A stretch of DNA of 64,000 bases from a virus. The notes beneath the pieces were generated by a model. It worked only from the letters and a program-made list of their open reading frames with translations. It did not search any database and had not been told where the DNA came from. The DNA lies in IMG/VR virus record IMGVR_UViG_3300042514_001283, positions 3,982-67,981 of that record; one strand, written 5' to 3'. Numbering within the stretch: the stretch's first letter is position 1; every line of letters starts with the position of its first letter. This document shows positions 40,630 through 48,717 of the stretch, piece by piece. A program made the position numbers and the translations under genes.

Positions 40630-41592
40630 TTAATCCTCCACGATATATTTCTTTGGAGCGTAGTTTTGTGATACAGCTCCTCTTTTAATATTAATTTTAG
40701 CATATTTTTCATATTTTTTCACTTTAACAGAATTTTCAACATCATTAATAAAATCAAGATAATTTTTAATGCATTTTTGAGTAACTTCACTTTCTTGTTT
40801 TTTACTAAGATAGTCATTAAAATACATTCTTTTTCCACCAAATTCATTTATTTCATCACTATACAAATGTGTTAATGGAAATCTTTTAACATTTGGAAAA
40901 ACCATTGCAAAATCATTTCCAATTAAATTAATAGATTGTATCATTTCTTCATCATAGAAAATACTATCTTTATAAACTCCAGAATTATTAATAAACTCTT
41001 TATCGCCAAAAGCAAAGTTTCCATTAAATTTTACGCATGGAACAAACTTGTTTACTTTATCAACAAGACACTCTTTGCTTTTCCAAAATGGTATGTAATT
41101 TAAAAAGAAGGTGTCTGGAATCATATATGGATAAGATATTTCACCCACCACTCCACTTACTCTTTTTCTATCTGGAGAATAAGAGTATCTTCCTAAATAT
41201 GCAGTAAGTACAATTTTGTCTATTTTTAAACTTTCTTTTGCTTCTTTAAAAAGTGAAATTAAATAGTCGTCCCAACCATTTTCAAAGTTAGTATGAGAAT
41301 CTATTTGTAAAAAATAATCTTGACCTGAATAAAGTGATGCACACCTTGTTCTTCCAGATCCAGTTCCTATTTGAGATATATTCTTTGTTTTTAATAAATT
41401 AAAATCTATAGACACGTTGCTGTTGTTTTTAAAAACTTTTTCAATTTCTTCATAAGTTTTTTTATTAGTATCTAATACGGATACTCCAAAAAATACCCTA
41501 TCTTTATAATTTGCAGTATCTAGAGCATTCTTAATTGTAATAACAGACTCGGTATCCATCATTGATGGCATTGAAACAAAAATTGTTTCCAC
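40630..41592 (-). CDS. GT60-like glycosyltransferase (Skp1-hydroxyproline GlcNAc-transferase type)
   Basis: TIFVS, LYSGQDYFLQIDSHTNFENGWD, VLTAY and FYDEE motifs. Confidence 0.8.
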   Translation of the reverse strand: METIFVSMPSMMDTESVITIKNALDTANYKDRVFFGVSVLDTNKKTYEEIEKVFKNNSNVSIDFNLLKTKNISQIGTGSGRTRCASLYSGQDYFLQIDSHTNFENGWDDYLISLFKEAKESLKIDKIVLTAYLGRYSYSPDRKRVSGVVGEISYPYMIPDTFFLNYIPFWKSKECLVDKVNKFVPCVKFNGNFAFGDKEFINNSGVYKDSIFYDEEMIQSINLIGNDFAMVFPNVKRFPLTHLYSDEINEFGGKRMYFNDYLSKKQESEVTQKCIKNYLDFINDVENSVKVKKYEKYAKINIKRGAVSQNYAPKKYIVED

Positions 41593-42278
41593 TAGCTATA
41601 TACCTTTCTGGTCCACCATCTTCTTTTATACCAGTTAAACGGTGGGTTTTCTACCTCGTGAGCTTCTGGATGATCTATAAATTCCCTATCATCAATTACG
41701 CTAGAATTCCAGTTATCTCTTTTAAATGGAAGTATTTGAATAATTGGAGTACCTGCTGGAATTACTCCAGAAAAACCTTTTTTCATAAAAAATGGAAAGT
41801 TAATTACTAAAGGATGCCTGTCTGTATCAACAATTCCAGTTATTGATCTAAATGGCAAGTCTGATCTATTTATTGGGTGAGTAAACATGCAGCTATATCC
41901 TTTTGGAGTTTTTATTTGCCAACTGTTTATCCACTTATGTGGCTGTTCGTCAAATTCTTCACCTGGATCAATACCCTGAGTTTGAGATGGCATGTGGTCT
42001 GAATTTAATTCATAAGGGCTGTCGTACCAAAATCTACCAGTATCTCCATTAAAATGAACGTCTACTGGTAAAGTTATTACATATCCTGTAGTAAATCCAT
42101 CTAGTACTGGAATACATTTTTTCATAGTTTCTATCTTTTCAACTACGCCAGGAAGATTTTTATACCACTCTGGAATAAGTTTACTTGATGGAATTGGTCT
42201 CGGTAGATCAAATTCAGGTTTGTTAGAAATAAATTTTATCTCTTTATTACTTGCCCTGTTCAAAAACTTCATCTTCAT
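41592..42278 (-). CDS. DUF6065-like protein (second subtype)
   Basis: IPEWYK, KKCIP..DG...GY, WQIKTPKGYS, GIVDTD, GTPIIQI. Confidence 0.7.
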   Translation of the reverse strand: MKMKFLNRASNKEIKFISNKPEFDLPRPIPSSKLIPEWYKNLPGVVEKIETMKKCIPVLDGFTTGYVITLPVDVHFNGDTGRFWYDSPYELNSDHMPSQTQGIDPGEEFDEQPHKWINSWQIKTPKGYSCMFTHPINRSDLPFRSITGIVDTDRHPLVINFPFFMKKGFSGVIPAGTPIIQILPFKRDNWNSSVIDDREFIDHPEAHEVENPPFNWYKRRWWTRKVYS

Positions 42279-42573
42279 ACTTCCATCCTATATCTACTTG
42301 AATTTCATTTGGATCAAACTCAACAAATTCTGGACCACTTAGAAATAGAGCAGCCAATCTGTTTTCTGCTCTAAGTACCTCTTGGACTTCTCCATCAAGA
42401 ATTACTGCTAAGTGATTAATTACTGAATTTGGTGGAGGTGGTGAATTTCTATTAGATGAAATACTTTTTTTATTCTTAAACCTATCTTCTTTTTTAAAAA
42501 CTTTTTTAAGTAAGTCAAAAGTACTCATATATACAAGACCGTTAGAGTGCTTGCGATTTTTTTTAAACATCAT
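42247..42573 (-). CDS. small protein, tail-fibre-chaperone-like; paralogue of 43296..43547
   Basis: AVILDGEVQEV...FLSGPEFV...IGWKY. Confidence 0.6.
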   Translation of the reverse strand: MMFKKNRKHSNGLVYMSTFDLLKKVFKKEDRFKNKKSISSNRNSPPPPNSVINHLAVILDGEVQEVLRAENRLAALFLSGPEFVEFDPNEIQVDIGWKYEDEVFEQGK

Positions 42574-43280
42574 TCAAAAACCTTCTTTACCCAATCTTTT
42601 TTCTTATAAGTTGTTTCTTTTTGTCTTGCAAGATTGCCTTGTTTATTATAAATATCTTTATAACCTTGAGTTTTTATCATTTTCCATTTCTTTCTTTTTA
42701 TTGGAATTATTTGAGCAACTGGAGTTCCTTTTGGAATTATTCCTTCAAAATCTTCTTTAATAAAAAACGGAAGGTTTCCATTAGCCCAAAAATTATCACT
42801 ATCTATTAGTCCTGACAAAGTTGTAAATGGAAGATCGTGTCTATTTAATGGATGTGTAATAAGTACGCTGTATCCTCTTGGAGCTCTGAACCCCCACCTA
42901 TTTGACCAAACTAAATGATTTGGATGATGACCCGTTGGTCTTGGTATTGTTGATCCAGACTCTTTTGGTCTTTCATTTATATAATCATTCCAAGAATCTG
43001 GACCATTCCACTTTATTGCAAGAGTTCCGTCATCATTTTTTCCAATAAATATATCAAAAGGTGTTACTATCGCATATCCAGAAATCATACAATCTAAAAA
43101 TGGTACACAGGTTTTTAATCCTGCCATTTTTTCTTGGGTTCCATCTTCTACTGAAACATTGTCTGATTCAGAAACATAGTACGTCTCAGCTTTTTTATAC
43201 CAATCTGGAATAAATTTTTTAATAGGTTCTGGTGCTCCAATTCCATCATCTAACATAGAAGTAAACTTTATAAGCTTCAT
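42570..43280 (-). CDS. DUF6065-like protein (second subtype)
   Basis: IPDWYK, KTCVPFLD...GY, PRGYS, GLIDSD, KGTPVAQI. Confidence 0.7.
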   Translation of the reverse strand: MKLIKFTSMLDDGIGAPEPIKKFIPDWYKKAETYYVSESDNVSVEDGTQEKMAGLKTCVPFLDCMISGYAIVTPFDIFIGKNDDGTLAIKWNGPDSWNDYINERPKESGSTIPRPTGHHPNHLVWSNRWGFRAPRGYSVLITHPLNRHDLPFTTLSGLIDSDNFWANGNLPFFIKEDFEGIIPKGTPVAQIIPIKRKKWKMIKTQGYKDIYNKQGNLARQKETTYKKKDWVKKVFE

Positions 43281-43295
43281 AAAAATTCTCTTTTC

Positions 43296-43547
43296 TTATA
43301 ATCCTGGTAGCCTTGATGGTGGTGAAAATGTTCCATCTTGATAAGTCCATCCAATTTTTGCTTGACCAGGTGCGACTTGAACAAAAGTAGGGTTTGACAA
43401 GTATTGTGCTGCGGCATTGCCGTCCATATTAATTACTTGAAAAACAATACCGTTTATAATCATAGCAACATCAAACTCGTGATTTGGCGTATGCTCAGCT
43501 GCTGGGTAGCTTAAGCTTGGAATTTCTGGTAAAATTTTATCAGTCAT
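43296..43547 (-). CDS. small protein, tail-fibre-chaperone-like
   Basis: AMIINGIVFQV...YLSNPTFV...IGWTYQDGTF. Confidence 0.6.
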   Translation of the reverse strand: MTDKILPEIPSLSYPAAEHTPNHEFDVAMIINGIVFQVINMDGNAAAQYLSNPTFVQVAPGQAKIGWTYQDGTFSPPSRLPGL

Positions 43548-43556
43548 ATTAACCTC

Positions 43557-44684
43557 TTATAAACTTTCTATCGTTATTTCTTCTATTGAATTTCCTTGGT
43601 TGTAACTTGAAGGTTTTACCATTATACCATATCTAGCATTAATTGCAATTCCAGTTGCTGTGTGTGTTAGGTTTGATCCTATCTGTGTAGCCAAAGATGT
43701 ATCTGAATAAGGAGTTATAGTAACAGAAGTTCCAGAAGTCACTACTTTAAATGATTGAATAACACTTGCTACCATCCATGATGCTAATTGAGTTACAGTA
43801 TTCGATGCAGACTGAATAAATCTAACATATTGTGGGTAACAAGTTTGACAGCTGCACTCATAAAAAGTGCTTGCGTTATTTCCTCCACAGGCGTAGTAGT
43901 ATACTCCTCCGTCACATTGATAGAAGTAGCTGTTGCCATTTGGACCACAGCTATAGTAGTATCCATTAGTACAGGAGCAAATGTTGTATCCACCAGTACA
44001 GTTATAAGTGCTAGAATTATTACAGTTTCCAGCATTGTAAGCATTGCAGTTATATGCATATGCAGCACACCTATACCAACCAGATTTACAATTTCCTGTT
44101 TTATTGTAAGCGTTACAGTTAAATGCCCAGTTGCCACACCTATACCAGTCAGCTTTACAATATCTATTTCCTGTAACATTGCAAGTATAGGTCCAATTAG
44201 CACAGTTACAGGTTAGTGCTGTGTTGCACGGATAGGATGGGGAACTACACGGATAAGATGGTGAACTACACGGATAAGATGGTGAAGCACAGTTTCCTGG
44301 TGTTTCGCAAGTACCACAATTACAACTTATTAACGCTCTTTCTCCTGCACTTAAAGTAGCTGCAGATACCATTGTTTGATCAATTCCAACTCCAAACCAG
44401 TTTCCACTGTCAGTAACCCATAGTGCTGCAGTACTTCCTTGAGTAGAGCCTTTAATAGATATTGAAACGTTTTGGGTATTCATATCAACTGTAGCAGCTG
44501 GATATGAGCTAGCTGCATCTACAGACACTGCTTTATTAGTGGAAACTGTAAATGTTCCCCTTATTGCACTCCACAAACTTCCATCAGAAGATGCTCCAAG
44601 TGATCCAGCCGTATTAGCTCTATCAAATGTGTCTTTAAAAGTCTTTCTTCTAGAAACTGATGGAATAATATTAACAAACTTCAT
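43557..44684 (-). CDS. lectin-like virion protein with an inserted 26-Cys domain
   Basis: DTFDRAN...W N-terminal beta-sandwich; Cys-rich insert at 43839-44324. Confidence 0.75.
   Translation of the reverse strand: MKFVNIIPSVSRRKTFKDTFDRANTAGSLGASSDGSLWSAIRGTFTVSTNKAVSVDAASSYPAATVDMNTQNVSISIKGSTQGSTAALWVTDSGNWFGVGIDQTMVSAATLSAGERALISCNCGTCETPGNCASPSYPCSSPSYPCSSPSYPCNTALTCNCANWTYTCNVTGNRYCKADWYRCGNWAFNCNAYNKTGNCKSGWYRCAAYAYNCNAYNAGNCNNSSTYNCTGGYNICSCTNGYYYSCGPNGNSYFYQCDGGVYYYACGGNNASTFYECSCQTCYPQYVRFIQSASNTVTQLASWMVASVIQSFKVVTSGTSVTITPYSDTSLATQIGSNLTHTATGIAINARYGIMVKPSSYNQGNSIEEITIESL
44227..44289. repeat. 21-bp tandem repeat x3 (CxSPSYP)
   Basis: CACGGATA(A/G)GATGG(T/G)GAA units at 44227, 44248 and 44269. 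Confidence 0.9.
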
Positions 44685-44685
44685 G

Positions 44686-45765
44686 TTAAGCTACTAAATC
44701 TCCCATCAATACCCATGTATTTGCTGCGGTTTTAACTAAAGTAGCACAAGACCATTGTGCTCTTAATTTTTTACCAGGTGTTGCATTTATTGTAGTTGTT
44801 GCAGGAGTAGTTGCAGTAACAGTTATTTGTCCAGCAATAGCTCCTTTTTGAACTATGGTTATTTGAGTTCCAATAGCAAAATTACATGTTGCATCTGTTC
44901 CAACATACAAAGTTGCGGCAGTAGTTGAATTATCTAACATCAATAATTTTCCATCGTCTGCTTCTACTAAATAATAAGCATTTGATGTAAATGTAGGTGT
45001 TGAAATATCAACATGGCTTATAACATTTCCAGTTGTATTTAAAGAAGTTCCAGTTGCTACTCCAATATTTGAAGATGATGGAGATGATATTGTAATTACT
45101 CCAAGCATTCCGCTATGAATTTGACATTGATATGCATATTCCCCACTTATGCTAGAAGGAATTTGCCAATATAAGGTTCCTGATACTTTACCTTGGGCAG
45201 CAGAGCCTGTAGTAACTGTTCCATCTGTAGCAACGTGAATTAATCCTGTATCATAGTTTGCTGAACCTGAGGCAGTTTTAATTAAAAATGGATGCCCTTC
45301 TACATCTAAGTTAAAAGCAATTGTAGTTCCAGCGGTTGCATATATTGTTGGATTATTTCCTGAGTATTGATTATTAATTAAGTAAGCCATACTTGCTTGA
45401 GTTACTTCTAGTCTAGTAGTTGCAGGATAAGCAATTTCATTAATAGTTATACCAGAAAGTATTGCATCCGTTGTTGCGTTAAAAGATAGATCTAAAACTC
45501 CCCAAGAGGCTGCTGAGCCATCTGTTGTTAAATACTTTCCAGAATTTCCAGATTGAGATGGCAGGGCATCAAGTGTAGCCCATTCTATTCCATCTCCAGC
45601 AGAATTAACCTTAAGAACTTGATTTGAAGATCCTAATAATCCATCAAGAAGTGTCTCTCCAAAAATACTAAGGTCATCAATAATTGTAATATCGTTGTTG
45701 GCTAGTAAAGAATCTACTGTTAATGGCTCAGTAGAGTAAAGGTGGTTTAGTTTATTAAGTCCCAC
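44686..45765 (-). CDS. fibre protein with cupredoxin-like domain
   Basis: LPSQSGNSGKYLTTDG fibre motif; GHPF...YQCQIHSGM; LRAQWS...WVLMGDL C-terminus. Confidence 0.75.
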   Translation of the reverse strand: MGLNKLNHLYSTEPLTVDSLLANNDITIIDDLSIFGETLLDGLLGSSNQVLKVNSAGDGIEWATLDALPSQSGNSGKYLTTDGSAASWGVLDLSFNATTDAILSGITINEIAYPATTRLEVTQASMAYLINNQYSGNNPTIYATAGTTIAFNLDVEGHPFLIKTASGSANYDTGLIHVATDGTVTTGSAAQGKVSGTLYWQIPSSISGEYAYQCQIHSGMLGVITISSPSSSNIGVATGTSLNTTGNVISHVDISTPTFTSNAYYLVEADDGKLLMLDNSTTAATLYVGTDATCNFAIGTQITIVQKGAIAGQITVTATTPATTTINATPGKKLRAQWSCATLVKTAANTWVLMGDLVA

Positions 45766-45777
45766 TTTTTTCTCCTA

Positions 45778-48714
45778 TTATGCCTGGGCTTCAGTCCAAG
45801 AAAGCCTTCCGTTAACCGTAGCACTTGTTACACCAGAACCAGAAAGGTTTCTGATTGCTATTGTTACGATGTCTGGTCCATCTGGATAAATATTAAATTC
45901 ATTTGTTGAGGTAGCATTTGTTGTTCCTCCGCCTAGAATTGAATTTCCTAAATCTCTAACCAAACTAAGATCTTGCTGAACAACGTTTGCTTCACCAGAC
46001 TGAGACGATACAAAGAAGGAGAAGATTGGTTCTCCACCAACCAAAGTTGTGTTTGCTGCGTGATAACAAACTTGAGCCAAGCTTGATCCACCAACATTTG
46101 TCCAAGTGTTTCCAGATGCAGTATTAAGTTTTGGATTTAATATAAGTTCTACAAGGAAGGCTCCTGGATTTCCAGCAGTTCCTGCAACCAGACTTAAAAC
46201 ATCCATTTGTCTTAAAGTCAGCTGCATTCTATTAATAAGCTCTCTTTCTCCAAGAACTCCAACCACTCCATTATCTACAGATGGAGCAAGTCTTAAGCTA
46301 ATAAGAGCAGACCTTGTTGTTGTACTTCTTGGTACAACTACACCAGTTTTCATACCTGCCTGGAATACAAAAGACTTATCATCATCGTATCCACCATCCA
46401 TAATTACAGATGATCCCCAGTGACTTGTTCCAGTTGCATATTGTCTAGAATACAGGTCTACTCTTACTGGAGCAGTTGCTGAATAAGTAAATGATTGTGC
46501 AGTTCCATTACCTCCACCAGTATCACCAGAAACTGGATTAATGACTACGTTGCTTAGGGCTCTTGTTAGACCTGTAAAGGTTGTTGCTGTTTTTCCTGTG
46601 TAAGAAATATATTCAATTTCTTGTCCAGTATTTCCAGCCTTTGTAACAGAAAGGGTTCCAGATGTTGGGAATCCTGAAGTACTGCTAACAGACATAGTGG
46701 TAGCAACGTTTGAAAGTGATGCTGAAAGTTTTGTAACTGGTGCATCCGCTGCTGCCTCATAACGTGATGGAAGGTTTCCAGAACGCATGTAAGCTTCTGT
46801 TTTAACATTTGCATGTGTCATTCTGTGGCAATATACAACTTCTCCACGCTCGTCTTTAAATCCAAATCTAATTGCACCTGCACCATACCATGCGTAATCA
46901 ATGTAGAACATTTGCATTTTAGATAGGTCTATGGTTACTCCAGATGGACCAGTTCCATCCATTTGATCAATATTCCAATCAGACTGAGGAACCTTAGTAT
47001 CGACAACTTTACTTACAATTCCACCAGAGGTTACTGTCTGACCACGATATTCTGGGAATACATACATTTCTGTATTGCTTGTAATTGATTGAACGGTGTA
47101 AGTTAGACCTCTAATGGCAACCTTGTCTCCTGGATTTAATTGCTCTGAGAATCTAGTATCTGTACCAGTGATTGTTGGAGAACCTTGAGTTGTTGCAACA
47201 ATTCCAGAAATTTGATCCGTGCTGGAGCGTCTTACTGCCCACATCGTTTGTCCGTCAAATTCAAAGAAGAATCCATTTTGGTCATCAAACATTCCAACTC
47301 TTGTCTGACCACCAAACCAGGAAACTGGTGCTACTGTGATAGGGAAACCAGTTGCTGGAGTTGCTGAAGGAACTGAAGATGCGGTGTATTGAAATTCTTT
47401 AGGTCCAGTAATTGCTGTAACTGTAAAAGTTCCATTATATGCTGTTTGAGTTGCACCTGCTACTGTAACCTGTGCACCAATTCCAAGGAAATGTTCATAT
47501 CTAGTTTTTACAGTAACTGTTGTGCTAGATGAAGAAATTAAATCTACTGAAAATACTGGTTTTAGCATAGATCCAGTAGAGAACTGAATGCCCTTGCCTG
47601 ATTGGTATCGGAAGTATCTACGAGTCTGACGAATAATTTTTGATCCAGGAGCGGAAGACCCAGTTGAGAATTTAACTCCACCATCAAATGGTCTATGGAC
47701 AGAAACGGATCCTGGTCTTCCAGTTAAAGATTTTGCAATTGCCGTGATTGCACCAGATGGGGCATCAATAACATCAAAAGTAAAGGTATTTGTTGTTGGA
47801 GTTGTTTTTACTTCCCATGCACCATTTGGTGGATTAGAGGAAGCAGCTGTAGTTCCAGAAACATAAATTAGATCTCCAATGCTAATACCGTGAGCATTTG
47901 TTGTTGTGGCTGTTACTGTACTACCAGATGCTACAAATGCAGAACCAGAGCTAGTTGAAAGAGGAATCTCAGATCCCGTGTAGTTATAAGCTTTGTAAGC
48001 AAAAGTTTTTGTTGCGTCAAGAATTGATCCGTTAGTAGCGTTTGCTCTTGCATAGTATGTAAAAGTATCATTAGAAACTGTTGTTGTTGAAACAGCTTTA
48101 ACTAAATACCATCCATCTGCATTAACATCCAATGTGTCTTGGATAAAGAATTTATCTCCAGCAACAAGACCGTGAGCCGCTGTAGTTACTACTGTTACAA
48201 GCCTAGAAGATCCAGTTCCTGCAATTGAAACAAATGTATTTGTTCCTCCAGAAGGCTGTGCAATTGGAGATTGAATATCGTAGTAGCAAGATGGCTTGTT
48301 ATTTGTAAGGCTTAACACTTCCCATTTAGTTGGCTGAGTTCCATATTCAAAATCAGTATCAATTAAAGAAGTAGGTGTAGAAACTCTCAATTTTCCAACA
48401 GGATCCATATAGGACTCATCTGGCTGGAAACTTTCTGCATACTCGTCTACTGTTATTTGGAGCTTATCAGTAGAGGTCATAGCTGCTGTATTAAAGTTTA
48501 GTACAACTGTTGTAGTTGGAGCATTGTTTGTGTCAATTGCTGCTGTGTAGCTTGTTGCCTTAAGACTTGGATCTGAAAAATTATAAATTACCTGATTAGT
48601 AGTAACATTTGTAATAAGAATCAATCTTTCCCTTGGAATATGATCTGGAATTACAACTGTTCGTGTAGCTGGGTCAAATGTGTACCCTGTTTCAAATAAT
48701 ATCTTTCTTGCCAT
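45778..48714 (-). CDS. large virion structural/fibre protein
   Basis: Repeated TxTTxxAHG beta modules; Thr/Ser-rich. Confidence 0.7.
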   Translation of the reverse strand: MARKILFETGYTFDPATRTVVIPDHIPRERLILITNVTTNQVIYNFSDPSLKATSYTAAIDTNNAPTTTVVLNFNTAAMTSTDKLQITVDEYAESFQPDESYMDPVGKLRVSTPTSLIDTDFEYGTQPTKWEVLSLTNNKPSCYYDIQSPIAQPSGGTNTFVSIAGTGSSRLVTVVTTAAHGLVAGDKFFIQDTLDVNADGWYLVKAVSTTTVSNDTFTYYARANATNGSILDATKTFAYKAYNYTGSEIPLSTSSGSAFVASGSTVTATTTNAHGISIGDLIYVSGTTAASSNPPNGAWEVKTTPTTNTFTFDVIDAPSGAITAIAKSLTGRPGSVSVHRPFDGGVKFSTGSSAPGSKIIRQTRRYFRYQSGKGIQFSTGSMLKPVFSVDLISSSSTTVTVKTRYEHFLGIGAQVTVAGATQTAYNGTFTVTAITGPKEFQYTASSVPSATPATGFPITVAPVSWFGGQTRVGMFDDQNGFFFEFDGQTMWAVRRSSTDQISGIVATTQGSPTITGTDTRFSEQLNPGDKVAIRGLTYTVQSITSNTEMYVFPEYRGQTVTSGGIVSKVVDTKVPQSDWNIDQMDGTGPSGVTIDLSKMQMFYIDYAWYGAGAIRFGFKDERGEVVYCHRMTHANVKTEAYMRSGNLPSRYEAAADAPVTKLSASLSNVATTMSVSSTSGFPTSGTLSVTKAGNTGQEIEYISYTGKTATTFTGLTRALSNVVINPVSGDTGGGNGTAQSFTYSATAPVRVDLYSRQYATGTSHWGSSVIMDGGYDDDKSFVFQAGMKTGVVVPRSTTTRSALISLRLAPSVDNGVVGVLGERELINRMQLTLRQMDVLSLVAGTAGNPGAFLVELILNPKLNTASGNTWTNVGGSSLAQVCYHAANTTLVGGEPIFSFFVSSQSGEANVVQQDLSLVRDLGNSILGGGTTNATSTNEFNIYPDGPDIVTIAIRNLSGSGVTSATVNGRLSWTEAQA

Positions 48715-48717
48715 TTT

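Noticed and set aside
43839-44324. Diversity-generating retroelement target in the Asn/Tyr-rich Cys domain or fibre tips
   Set aside because: No reverse transcriptase and no template/variable repeat pair differing at adenines was seen in the window
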